From: Octopus sinensis
Lineage: Eukaryota
NCBI RefSeq assembly: GCF_006345805.1
Contig: NC_043016.1
Location: 9,424,001 to 9,488,000, forward strand
Reading direction: 5' to 3'
DNA: 64,000 nucleotides
In this document: positions 49,404 through 62,375 of the stretch, piece after piece
Layout: every line of letters starts with the position of its first letter
How positions within the stretch are numbered: position 1 is the stretch's first letter
Notes under the pieces: model-generated
What the model was told of the DNA's origin: nothing
Databases searched by the model: none
What the model saw: only the letters and a program-made list of their open reading frames with translations
Translations under genes and position numbers: made by a program

Positions 49404-51629
49404 GCTCCTATGTTTTTTCATGTACTTGTATACTTATGACTGTATTTGTTTTTGACATTACGTTGTTTTGTGTGTCTTATATAAGGGCACATCTATCTGT
49501 ATATATCCACACATTATATGTTTACATATGTTTATCTGTGTGTATGTATAAATAGAAATTTGAGATAAATGTAATTGAATTTTTGTGTGTGCATATATAT
49601 TCCACACTTTTGCTCTTATTACTAATACCTGTCGGGTGGTGGGGGGGTGTATACTCATACATGTTTGAGATTAATGATGTGTATTTATATATTTATGCAT
49701 ATATATGTATCTGTATAGCACATATACGTAAATATTTAAACACATAAAAACCACCACTTATTTAAATGCATCTTATGCAAACAAAGAACATTAATATATA
49801 AAATGTAAATATATAAACATAGGCTTGGGAACAGTGGGTGGATTTTCAAACCCCTCCCCATCCCTAAAATTGGAGGTGGGGGTGATGAAAACACTTTGAA
49901 CAGCCTCTTGAAAAACTTCATTGCTAAAATGAATGAATGTAGAAACATTTTTGGACTGATTTGAAACACTACTTTTCCATTATTGGATTTATCTGATTCG
50001 ATTGATGTACAGATATTATCATCATCATCATCATTATTATTATTATTATCAATATTGTGTTTGTTTTGATATTAAGATTGAAAACATTGACCTTGTTAGT
50101 AAAAAATTGGGGGGGGGGGCTGTGTATGCAAATTTCGTTCCGAACATTAAAAAAAATACACATACAAATGCACTTGTGTGCATCTTTTGTGTGCACACAT
50201 ATAAACACACATTTGACTTACATTTACACACTCGTTCATAAAGTTATACACCTGTGACTGCAAAGTACACATCCACACAAACACACAGTTGTGAATATAC
50301 ATAAAGATATTTAATTCAATATTCCATTTTTGGAACAGTGAAGCTTGAAGCTGATAAAGCTATAAATAATAGTATGTAAATATCGGGCTCACTGGCAGCT
50401 TTCGATTTTATCTATCCAAAGGGGTTTTTTCTAAACCAATATTTACAGGGTATTGTTTATAGCTTTACCTGCTTCGGGTTTTACCAATCCCAAATAGGAT
50501 TATTCACAAAATAGAATATATTATGCTTGCAGTGTGCAATATCATCTATTGAGTTTGTCTGTGGCATTTATTAATTTATTGCAAATTAATCGCTTGATAG
50601 TGCCACAGAAGTTGATCCTGAAACCAACTGTGTATGGGTCACTACCTAGCAAATTGAGACCCACCGTAAATAAATCAACACTTTGGCTTTTCTTCCTGCT
50701 GTTATCTCCTTCAAGAGGGTGGAATCGAATTTCTCAGAAAAAGGAAAACAGCTGCTACCAGTGAGTGTGTGTATATATGTTTGAGTGCATGTGTATGTGT
50801 GTATGTATATCCATATTTTCATATATATACATATATATATACATACATACACACACACACACACCTTTTTTTATATATACGTTTATATTGTACATATATA
50901 TCCCTTTTATGCATACACACAGCTGCTGCATTTAAGAAATATACATAGGCAAGCCTGTATAAATCTAGTTTTAAAAGAAGTAGGTATTCTAAGTACTCCT
51001 AGTGCTATCGTTTTTCTCCATATTATTGGAAGATAGGCTTGGATGATGTTTTCTACCCCTACCTTCCACGCCGATCATTACAACTGCCAGCAATGTATAA
51101 GTGTGTCTGTGTCTGTGTGAATGTGAGTGGTGGGGGTTAACCTGTCTGCTTCTTTTGAAGATTTCATTTTTCCACTGGAGCATTGCTATACCATCACCAT
51201 CATAGCCACCTGCATCATCGTTGCTGCTGCTGCTACTACATACTACTACTGCCACCACTACAAATTACAACAGAAACATTTTAATACTTTATTCATTATT
51301 TACATAAATTACAAATGTTTACGGGCTTGTCAAAAACATTTCATCGCCATTTTAACTGGCATGTTATCATATGTTGTACAGAGCTTACTACATAAATTGC
51401 CATAGCTATAAACACCGGCTTTTCTTTTCTAAATACCCTCTTCCAAGTCAACTTCTGTCAAGCTGTACCCAAGGGCCTTTTCCTTTATCACTTTACATAC
51501 ACATGTTTAACTTTACCATGTAGTTTATCTTTCCTACAACTTAACCACTTTCATATCAATTACCTGAACAATACTTCTGGTTCTGTGATGGCAAAAAGCT
51601 CCTGTCTTGCACTTAAATTAAGACGTTTT

Positions 51630-52327
51630 ACAGGCGTGGCTGTATAGCAAGAATAGGCACAGGCTCTGTGGTAAGAAGCTTGCTTCCCAACCACATGGTT
51701 CTGGGTTCAGTTCCACTGCATGCTGCCTTAGGCAAGTGTCTTCTATTATAGCCTTGGGCCAACCAAAGCCTTGTGAGTGGATTTGGTAAATGGAAAATGA
51801 AAAAAAACAAAAACCATTGTATGTGTATATGTATCTATGCATGTGTGTCTCTGTGTCTATGTTTGTCCTCACTGCTTGACAACTGGTGTTGGTGTGTTTA
51901 CATCCCTGTAACTTAGTGGTTCAGGAAAAGATACTGATAGAATAAATCCTAGGCTTTAAAAAATAAGTTCTGGGGTCAATTTGTTTGACTGAAACCCTTC
52001 AAGGTTTGTCCCTTTGTCTGTCCTTGTTTGTATAAGGTGGCGAATTGGCAGAAACGTTAGCACACCAGGTGAAATGCTTAGCGGTATTTCATCTGCCGTT
52101 ACATTCTGAGTTCAAATTCCACTGAGGTCAACTTTGCCTTTCATCCTTTCAGGCTCGATGAATTAAGTACCAGTTACGCACTGGGGTTGATGTAATCGAT
52201 TTAATCTCTTTATTTGTCCCCTCTATGTTTAGCCCCTTGTGGGCAATAAAGAAATATGAAACCCTTCAAGGTAGTGCCCCAGTCTAGCCACAGTCAAATG
52301 ACCGAAACATGTAAAATATAAAGGATA
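51630..52327 (+). mobile_element. SINE family A interrupted by a SINE family B copy (52036-52256)
   Basis: The family A 3' end resumes after the insert. 16-bp TSD tgaaacccttcaaggt at 51990-52005 and 52257-52272. Confidence 0.88.
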
Positions 52328-53530
52328 GTGTATAAAACGTTTTTGTTGTGTTATGAAAAAGATATTGCCATAACATAGTTCTTTTTTTTCTTTTTTTTTT
52401 GGGGGGGGGGGCTTCAAGATTAATCAAAGTACATAGGTACTCATATTAGTTCAGTAGAAATCGCACTGCAAAGGATCCAGTGATCAGCTCTGTTGTTGTT
52501 CTCCAGTGTTTATTACATGTCTGATATAATAAACTGCTAACAGTTACCTTTCTTATGTACTGTTGTCAGTGTTGTTGATGTTTAGAATATCTATTACATA
52601 TCCAGACTAGATATTTTTCAATAATCTTTTCTACATATGCAGTGAGTGTTATTGATATCTTGTGTATGTGTGTGTGTGTGTACGCGCACGCATGTATAAT
52701 ATCCAAACAATACCACTACCAGTACAAATGTTGATCACCATTATATCTATATTTTAAAATTAAACCCATGGTAGATATAGATACACACAAATTACGCATG
52801 GTAGGGGACACCGTAGCAGTACAGTCGGTTCTCTTATACACAGTAGTCAGTGACCAATATCTTATATATTACATCTCTTGTATAAAGTGGCCAATGTTTT
52901 TGATATCCACCCAGTGAGTGTATATCCAAACCAGTCATCTCTTTTGTACCCAGTGACAGGATCATTGGTGCCTCGTGTATCACTAACCCATGATCAGTTT
53001 TAATGAACCATGAAAGTCAAATGACACATCACATAGATTAAGCATAATCCATTTGATGTGCCATAAAAGAAAAAGTATTCTTTCTTTCTTTCTTCCTTCC
53101 ACTGGTTCCCAGCGTAACTGGAAGATCGCTTTCAAGTATTTTAATTGATTATATCAAACGCAATACTTTGTTTGGCAACTTTATCGATCCATAAGAGCGG
53201 AAAGGCGACTCTTCTTTAGCAGGAACTAAAAACCATAAAGTATGCCGTAAGGTTTTTATTTTATGCATGTTCCTTCTACTCGCATTCTTTGTCACTTTTA
53301 CCCATCTATCATTCTTCATGCACATCATACACCCGTACACCATATTCTGTATTCAGCAGTCTACAGTACGTTTTCTGACGACCAAATTTCACTCATAAGT
53401 TTTCGTTGACAAAGTCTACGGTAGAGAACACGTGTCCTGTGTTTTTCATTGGGACTAAACTCAGAACTATTTTTAGCATACAGCTATGTCTACACTAATG
53501 TATTAACTGCAGTTATTTAACCTTCTTTAA

Positions 53531-53761
53531 GGTGGCGAGCTGGCAGAAACGTTGGCATGCCAGGCGAAATGCATAGCCATATTTCGTCTGCCTTTATGTT
53601 CTGAGTTCAAGTTCCACCAAGGTTGACTTTGCCTTTCATCCTTTCGGGGTCGATTAAATAAGTACCAGTTACGCACTGGGGTCAATGTAATCGACATAAT
53701 CCGTTTGTCTGTCCTTGCTTGTCCCCTCCATGTGTAGCCCCTTGTGGGCAGTAAAGAAATA
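53531..53761 (+). mobile_element. SINE family B with 13-bp TSD
   Basis: TSD tatttaaccttct at 53514-26 and 53762-74. Confidence 0.92.
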
Positions 53762-53768
53762 TATTTAA

Positions 53769-53989
53769 CCTTCTAGCATTCAAATTATTCTATCAAATGT
53801 AATGCTTATTTATTCGCATTGTTTTGAATTTATCCTGCATTATGTGGTAGCCTTGAGATTTCAATGATGTGTTTTGTTTATGCTCAAAATGACATTCTAG
53901 GATAGGTATGAGATGCCAGATCTGACTAGTTTGAACATAAGGCAAGTAGAATATTTTGGCTGGAAATGGCCAGTTTAAATGCTAAAGAG
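53769..53989. mobile_element. TTAA-flanked piggyBac-type MITE
   Basis: TTAA|ccttctagcatt ... aatgctaaagag|TTAA, imperfect 12-bp TIR. Confidence 0.7.
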
Positions 53990-54498
53990 TTAAGCACCCA
54001 TACAGTATCACACTTTTTTACATTTGTATTGTCTGCTTTTCATATAAAGAAGAAAAGTATTTGCTGCTGTTTAGCACCAAATATCATTCCCAGTTCAGCA
54101 AACATACAATGAAATATGTTCCAGCTGTGACAATCCTGTCTTTGCTTTCAGAATCTTGGATTATTTTATCTAATGTATCCCTTTTTTAAGATGATAGTCT
54201 GTGATTTAAAGGAAATTTGGCTGATATTTCAAACATATCAGGCAGCCATGTAGCAACTTTCTCATTGGCTCAGAAAACTGTAAAAATCATTTGTTATAAC
54301 AGATGTACCTACTGCTCTAAATTTCTAAATTTCTTCTGTCTTGTTTATACTATAGTCACAATCAGTGCTCTAACAAACCTTCCCAGCTCTAATTATAATA
54401 AATATTATTTTCAGCAAGTCAGTTGTACCTGTGCATGGGCTGCAATTTAGACTGCTCACACTGATAATCACTTAAGTACAGTATTGATATATTGCAAA

Positions 54499-54720
54499 GG
54501 CGGCGAGCTGGCAGAAACGTTAGCACGCCGGGCGAAATGCGTAGCCGTATTTCGCCTGCCGCTACGTTCTGAGTTCAAATTCCGCCAAGGTCAATTTGCC
54601 TTTTGGGGTCGATAAATTAAGTACCAGTTACGCACTGGGGTCGATATAATTGACTTAATCCCTTTGTGTGTCCTTGTTTGTCCCCTCTGTGTTTAGCCCC
54701 TTGTGGGTAGTAAAGAAATA
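54499..54720 (+). mobile_element. SINE family B with 11-bp TSD
   Basis: TSD atatattgcaa at 54487-97 and 54720-30. Confidence 0.92.
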
Positions 54721-55313
54721 TATATTGCAAGTTCTGTTTTCTCTGCATTTTGCTAAAAATTGCACTGCACCTCTTTCACATTCATTGTTTGCATTGCTTT
54801 ATGCAAACAAGTATGTACCTGCACATACACATACATTTAAATAGATGTTATTATCTAGAAATATTTGATGAAATAACATATTTTTCTTCCAGAGTTGAAC
54901 ATCTACCTATGGAAAGAAAAAAATTCTACTATTGAGCACTTTTAGGGATTTTCCTTTCTTTTATACAAAACCCAAAATCACTGAACCATTACACCTTCAT
55001 CCATTAATATCTAATCTGTACTCTTTATACCAAGCAACATCCTGTCCCACTAAAATTCGTTTGTTACCCACTATGGAGTCAGTCCTCATGCCAAGATGCA
55101 AGCTAGATCTTATGTAACACAGCTTCTCTTTACAACTCACTTCCTGTAGTCCTCCCGCCTCCCCAAACTTAGCGGAATCTATAACAAAATATTTAACTGT
55201 AGTAAATGTACCTCCTCTTTCTCTCCTCTCAGTTGAATATTCCCCTAGCCCTCTTTTGAAATTACTCTTAAAAGTTTTTTTTTTTTTAAATGAGTCGGTG
55301 ATTGATATTCATG

Positions 55314-55550
55314 CTTAACAACACTTTTGTTAATGTATTTCTGTTGAAATGTATCGCCCTTGTTTTAGTTAATTTTTAAAATTATGAAAAATATATTAAA
55401 ATAACTTTATCATTTTAAACTAGTGGTTAGAACATAATTTAGCATGAAATTTATGCTAACATAATGGGAGGCTTTAATTTAGACCATTTTAAGACAGTTT
55501 ATATTGTTAAACCAGGGACAGTCTCAAGCAGGATGGTATGGGAAGGGTTG
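55314..55550. mobile_element. Diverged piggyBac-type MITE (second family)
   Basis: Homologous to 56447-56628 (aactttatcatt...tttaatttagaccattttaa); ends gaagggttga. Confidence 0.55.
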
Positions 55551-56446
55551 AAATCTGTATACTTAAAATTACAAAAACTACATGGTTAAATTAATTTGTT
55601 CTTTGGCTCCAAAGTTGGGTGCTGAATATAAGGTTAACGAAATTTGTCTTAAGTCGTTACAGAATGCAAAACTGGATATCATAACGGTAATGATGATAGC
55701 ATAGGTGACGTTAGTAGGAATGATGGTGTTGGTTATAAAACAAAAACGCTCAGGGAGGAAAATATCAAAATTAACAATACCGTTCATTTTGCTGATTTTT
55801 CAGGGTAATATTCAAAAGAGAAATGCCTTTATAAAATGGCAACAAAAGGCAGCCACATATGCATCATATGAAGAAGTCTGACTCATTCTTAGCGAGACAA
55901 TGAAAGTCTTGTGAAAGAGAATGTTCATTTTTGTATGCATGACTTATTGAGCCATGAAAGTCACATGAACAATAGAGTATGAATGCTGTGTGAACAATAT
56001 CTATCACAGCTAACTTGTAGTATTATGGAAGCGTATGAAATAGAATTGATCTTTTGTTGTACGCATTTAATGACTTGTTGTTGTACAACGTTGATGTGAT
56101 TTCATCTAGCTAGCTTTAGTGACCTATTCAGCCAGTATGTTGTTACAGAAATAATGTTTAGAAGTTGATGTCGTGTGTAGCAAGATGCTGAGTTGATGTA
56201 TATAACAATAGAACTGATGTGGTGTATAATAAGACGTGGTGTTGTATAGTAATATGTGAGTCGTTTTTGTCTTTCTTTCTATTGCTTAATCAGAGGTAAA
56301 GAGCAGTGCTTATGACCCTTTTGAAAGCCTCTGACACTGGTAAGAGGGGGTTATCCTCAAACCAGAAAGAGAGAGAAAGAGAGAAACCTGTGCTGAATGC
56401 TTACAACAGAGTCTGTGCTCCTTACACCCCAGGACCAGGACTTGGT

Positions 56447-56628
56447 GTTAGCCCTTTTGTTACCATTACTTTTGTTGATTTCCCTTTAATCGATTTTGAA
56501 AAATAAAGAACTTTGTCATTATTAACCTAGTATTTGGGGCATTAATTCAAATGGAATTTTAAAGATAGATTTTAATTTAGATCACTTTAAATGAGAAGTT
56601 TAAGCAGATTGGTATAAAAATGGTTAAA
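56447..56628. mobile_element. Diverged piggyBac-type MITE (second family)
   Basis: ttagcccttttgttacc ... ggtataaaaatggttaa, homologous to 55314-55550. Confidence 0.55.
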
Positions 56629-57406
56629 CTGGATGACTAATTAAATCTAATACCCACAATTGATATATTGTACAGTGTATAGTAAGGTGTAAAGTTAAGT
56701 TGATGTGCATTCTTTTATTGCTTTTAGCAGTATTCTGGGGTACCATCTTCTCAGGTATTTTTAATTACATTGAGCTTATTAATCAACATGAGAAGCATAA
56801 AAGGCTAAGTGGTATGATGTTAATTAGCCTTAAGTGGGCTTTAATCAAGAACATTTCAACCATATCATCTGCTTTTTTTTGTAACCCTTTGAACCCGCCA
56901 GGCCAGTTTTCTAGCCTGAGTGTATAGTATACACACCTGCTAGGTCAGTAACTATTTAACCAATAAAAGACCATTTTACATCGCAGTTTAGGCTTCTGTT
57001 CCTGGTCAAACAGTGTAAATGAACTAGACAAATCTGACAAGATTTACAAATCCAGGCCTGTGTTCAATCACTTGTTAGAAAAATTCATGTTGCATTACCC
57101 ACCAAGAAGCAATTTGTCACTTGACAAGGGGATGATTCCGACAAAAAAAACTCCCTATGTATAAAACAGTATCTCAAAGATTAACCGATAAAGTGGGGTA
57201 TCAAAACCTTCCTTGTTTGTCGTAGTGATAATGGTTATATTTCAAATGCAGAAGTATAGGTTGTAGGGAAGATGCCGAAACACTTGAAAACCTTGTTGTT
57301 CATATGTTGGAACTGTTTCGTGACCAATATTACTATGTGTTTACAGACAGATTCTAAACTAATGTATATTTGTGCAAGTTTTTTTTATAGAAAATGGAGG
57401 AATATA

Positions 57407-57799
57407 GGCGCAGAAGTGGCTGTTTGATAAGTAGCTTGTTTACCAACCACATGGTTCCGGGTTCAATCCCACTGCGTGGCACCTTGGGCAAGTGTCTTCT
57501 ACTATAGCCTCGGGCCGACCAAAGCCTTGTGAGTGGATTTGGTAGACGGAATCTGAAAGAAGCCCGTCATATATATGTGTTTGTGTGTCTCTGTTTGTCC
57601 CCCTAGCATTGCTTGACAACCGATGCTGGTGTGTTTACATCCCCGTTACTTAGCAGCTCGGCAAAAGAGACCGATAGAATAAGTACTGGGCTTACAAAAG
57701 AATAAGTCCCGGGGTCGAGTTGCTCGATTAAAGGCGGTGCTCCAGCATTGCCGCAGTCAAATGACTGAAACAAGTAAAAGAGTATAAAAGAGTAAAGAG
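57407..57799 (+). mobile_element. SINE family A nested in piggyBac
   Basis: Full-length consensus match. Confidence 0.93.
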
Positions 57800-58629
57800 A
57801 ATCTGCTTAGTAAGTACTGCACTTAGAAATCGAAAACTTTTTCCAAAAAACCTCATCAAATCAAAAAATCAAAACTGCAGGAGGCAACTCAAACTCTTAT
57901 TCAATGGAATTGTAGCAGTAATTGTTTGGTGCAACAAAAAGCCCATTTATTGTGTAACTTCTGCATTTATAACCCCCCAGTACATGTACAAAAGAGCACA
58001 GAAGGCTTCCTGTGGTTTGCCCAAAAGCTGTCCAAAGTTAGAATGCATACACAGGTGGCATCAATAAAAATGACCAAAGCAGACATCATTACAAATGGCC
58101 ACATCATCTTATTTGAAAGTTTTTTGTGGGCTGCACATAATGCATATGTTATTGGGGGACATTATAAGCCACATAATCCCCAGGGGCAAAGAATGCTTAC
58201 ATTCCACGTGTTTGTTGAAAAACTCTGCCATTAACTTGTAGGCAATTATTACCAACTATTTCCAGTGAAAATACATCCAAACACAAACTTCTGCAAGATT
58301 ATGGACCACACAAGGTGGAAAGAGCTCCCCATGCAACTTTGAGCAATAGGTGTATAGTATGCCAAGGAAAGCACAACAGAGCTAGACAACAAAATCCAAG
58401 TGCTACATATAAAGACCTTCCCCAAAAGTCAGAAACAGTTTACTGGTGTAATTATTGTAAAGCTTTCTTGTGCATCAGGGTGTCACAGCAAAATTGCTGG
58501 CACGACTAGTATGATAAAGTTCAGTTTTGGAGGTAGAAGTGAGAAAATAAAATAAACAACAAGAAATAGGTATTTTATTTGTTTATTTATCATAACAACA
58601 AAAACCTAGCACGTTTTTACTCATTTATT

Positions 58630-59012
58630 CTCTTACTTGTTTCAGTCATTTGACTGTGGCCATGCTGGAGCACCGCCTTTAGTCAAACAAATCAACCTCA
58701 GGACTTATTTTTTGTAAGCCTATTACTTATTCTGTTAGTCACTTTTTGCCATACTGCTATGTTACAGGGACGTAAACACACCAACATCAGTTGTCAAACG
58801 ATTGGGGAGGGAGCACAGACACACAAATACATACATACATATATATACACGACAGGCTTTTTTCAGTTTCCCTCTACCAAATCCACTCACAAGGCTTTGG
58901 TTGACCAGAGGCTATAGTAGAAGACTCTTGCCCAAGGTGCCACGCAGTGGGACTGAACCCAGAACCTTGTGGTTGGGAAGCAAGCTTCTTACCACACAGC
59001 CACTTTTGTGCC
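58630..59012 (-). mobile_element. SINE family A nested in piggyBac
   Basis: Full-length consensus match. Confidence 0.9.
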
Positions 59013-59809
59013 TATGAATAAAAATAAATCATAACTGAATTTTTTTGCAAATTTTCACTGGGAGCTGAGGGTGGAGATCATGTCAGGATGAGCTCATAGG
59101 GCTCAAAGGATTGACTCTATTACTTGAAGAAAATTTTGCAATACTTTTTAGCTAGTAAAATAACTTTGTAGAGACTCTTTTGGTGTGTTAAAATAACATG
59201 TAAATTTGATAAAATTGTGAACTACATCCTCCCGTCTCTATCATCTGCACTGTATCACTGTTAAATTTTCTTCCATGCTTTCTCAGCTAAATAGTCTTCT
59301 TTATTAATATTTTAGTCTTTAAATATAAATCTATAGAAGTTAATATCAAACATAAAATGTAACAGACTCAGAGCAGTTAGGAAGGCCTGTGGGATTCTGC
59401 TTCCTCCCACTCACCAATGTAATGTTGTTTAGTCCTGGATCAGCCTTAACAAGAAGACTTATGACCAAAGGTTTTCCAGATATAACCATCCTATTTCTAT
59501 TTTCAGACACAATGTACTTAAGACCACATTGTGTATCCTTACACTGTAGCAATAACCATTTTAGCCATTTGAAATGTGGCGCGAATTGGCAATGACGTAA
59601 TGTCTTGCCGAAGAATTATTATTTGGTTTTTTTTTCCATTGGTTAATATAACTGCTCATATAAAGATTCTAAAAGTTTCGTAAAGAATATTTGTCATGGA
59701 TTTCGATTCTTTTAAGTCAAGTTGAGCAGTTATAAAACCCTGGATTAAAACGAAAATAATAATTCCAATATGACGTAATGTCTTTGCCGAAGAATTATTA
59801 TTTTCGTTT

Positions 59810-61460
59810 TACACTTTAGGAAATGTTTGAAGGAGTATTTGGCTACTATTTCTTAGGTTGAACAGCTATGTAGAAGTTTCTTTGTCAGCTGGAATTGTAT
59901 TAGATAGAGTAGGTTTTTTTTAGGGTTTTTTTTCACCCTATTTGAATTGGGAGGATGAGACTATGAGACACTGCCTATGGTGTTCTCAGGCTTTAGGTAA
60001 AATTTAGTTAAGAAGAGAATATCAAAGAGCCAATACTCTAGGGAAGAAGGTCTAGATGTAGTGATTAATGCAGTGTGAGGTGGTGGTGGTAGGCTTCATG
60101 AAACACACAATGAGTGATGATAGCATGAAACTAGGTAATTCTGATGAAAAGTGACTGTTGTAGTAACAATAAATGAGGCAGCAGAGTGAGAAAATAACTT
60201 ATTGAAATATGTTGACAAGGGAGACCTTGCCAATCAGTCTGATGGCTTTCTTTTGGACGCAGTCTGAGGTGTTTGTATGTGTAGCAGCATAACACCATTG
60301 TGGTTGCCGGAACAATATTCCGTTACGTGCTTAGCAGGACCTTCCCATATCAGAGTAAAAGTGAATCTCACTTGGGCTTTGTAGAGAAGCATCAGTTTTG
60401 CGAAGTATTTTCTACTCTTGCAGAAGATGGTTGATATTTAGGATGTAGTTTTTGTTGTAATCATCAGTGATTGAGTTCTAATGTTTGTATTGACATTTAG
60501 GGTTTTAGTTGAGTGCTGTTGTCCAAAGATAGAGAGGGTGAGATAAAATATTACCTTGAAATGCACATTGAATGGGTTTTGTACTGTAGAAGAACACAAC
60601 AAAGATCTATTCATGGAGTCAGTAGTGGTTTGGCCTGAGACGTCTAGACTACATGTGAATAATGCCTATGTTAAGAAAATTAATGAGTAGGGAAGTGTAC
60701 TATTATCTGCACAAAAGTTTTTGATGTAGAGGAAAAAGCTGTGACCATGTCCTTTTTCAGTCCCTTTAAGTCTGTTGAAATCAATGTATTCAATGCTCCT
60801 TTTCAACAACTGCAGCAGGGAAATCTTGCTAAGAGTATTCTAAAGATGATGTTTTACAGAAGATGGAGTAGGTAGTGATGTGTTTGAATTTGGAGGGATG
60901 AGGAGAGGAGGGACAAATGAGTTAGGTGTACTTGAGTGTAACATGAAGCCATCCAGCTCTGAGGAAGAGAAGCTACTGTAGTAGTGTTGAAGGAGTATTT
61001 GGCTGCTATTTCTTACAGACCACATCTGAAGGCCAGAGGTTAGAGAGTGTTGGTGAGTGGGCTTTGTGTCAATCTGTTGACATTTGGCCTTTCCTTAGAT
61101 GGGATCTAGGATGTCAGTGTGTGTAACAGTAGTACCATCAAGGTTTGAGAGTAGTACTTCATTGTAGGTCTCATATGAGGGATTTTGGCTGACCCAGGAA
61201 AATTAAAACCATCTTTTTAATACAATCTTTGCTGTGTTGAGTGTGTGTGTTATCAGGAGAAACCCTCAGTAATGGCAAGATCAAGCACTTGAAACAACCT
61301 AAAGAGTTTTAGTTGCATGTTGAACATGTTTAGGGTGGGGTTAGTAATGCTTACTTCATAGTATAATGTGCTTTCTTAGTGGCGATGGCGAGTTGATAAT
61401 TAACTTACCAGAGGGAAAACTTGGCGTATATCAGAATTGATGAAGTGTGTATCAGAGATC
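59810..61460 (-). mobile_element. Old CR1/L2-clade LINE fragment (RT C-terminus and 3' end)
   Basis: Broken minus-strand frames resemble L.LYKAQVR..LEYC...W and SFFPRT...WNSL. The 3' motif aaggagtatttggct(a/g)ctattt recurs at ~59830 and ~60990, with diverged versions at ~54210 and ~62500. Confidence 0.6.
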
Positions 61461-62019
61461 TCCATTTGCATATGCTTTGCTGATATGATTATTGCTTAAT
61501 ATGAACTGACCATAATGAATAACTTGTTACTACAATGAATTATTATTTATATTTAAAAGATATCTAGATTAGATTATGGTTGGTTTCATAAATTATTAAT
61601 GAGAACGCATTATATTAATGGGCTTCTACAAATAGAGAAAGAAAATCACATCAGTTATTAATTATTAACAGATTATTGGGATCTCATAATCAGTTGAAAA
61701 ATAAATATTGTAATGGGGCATGTTGATTTTTATCAAAAACATGGTGAATATTTTGTAAATATGTAACTATGAATGTGGAGGTTAAAGGAGAGTTGTATTG
61801 AATAATAAAAATAATTTAGTTGTTCTAGATGTTTCTTTTTGCTTTGTGCAATATAAGTATAAAATTGTGGTAGCATAAAAAAAATTATTGAAAAGAACGG
61901 AGGTTCCTAAGATGTTATAATTTCCATTCTTACAATGTCCAATGAAGAAATGTCATCCTCTTGGATTAGAAAGAGGCACCCGCTGTTCTTGAGGAGACCT
62001 GTTGAGTCAAGTTCGTCAT

Positions 62020-62375
62020 CATCAAAAATTCGAATGGTAATTGTAGTTAAGACACCAGTGCTGGTGACACGTAAAAGTGCCGTTCGAACATGGCAGTTAC
62101 TAGCGTCGCCTGACTGGCGGCCATGTCGGCGACACATAAAAGCACCAACCGATCGTGGCTGTTTGCCAGCCTGCGCTGGCTCCTTTGCCGGTGGCACGTA
62201 AAAAACACCCACTACACTCACGGAGTGGTTGGCATTAGGAAGGGCATCCAGCTGTAGAAACTCTGCCAAATCAGACTGGAGCCTGGTGCAGCCTCCATGG
62301 CTTACCAGACCCCGGTCAAACCGTCCAACCCATGCTAGCATGGAAAACGGACGTTAAATAGTGATGATGATGATG
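62020..62375 (+). mobile_element. RTE LINE 3' end with (GAT)n tail
   Basis: ggttggcattaggaagggcatccagctgtagaaa...catgctagcatggaaaacggacgttaaatagtgatgatgatgatg. Confidence 0.88.

Larger units (their letters stand above)
56885..59110 (+). pseudogene. Internally deleted piggyBac transposon with decayed transposase and two nested SINEs
   Basis: Peptides DKIYKSRPVFNHLLEKF...LSLDKGMIP, KWGIKTFLVC, YVFTDRF, VWCNKKPIYCVTS, GGINKNDQ and the C-terminal Cys-rich RCIVC...YWCNYCKAFLC...CWH. TIRs ccctttgaaccc / gggctcaaagga (10/12) with degenerate TTAA sites (gtaa, ttga). Confidence 0.88.

Noticed and set aside
53375-53441. CTGACGA...gagaacacgtgtc hammerhead-like arrangement
   Set aside because: GAAA is broken, stem I cannot form (tttt versus ctgt), and stem II pairing is poor.
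55650-55806. Open stretch ECKTGYHNGNDDSIG...FADFSG as possible NXN exon 2
   Set aside because: Wrong phase for exon 1, no similarity to the expected thioredoxin-like continuation, and a weak donor.
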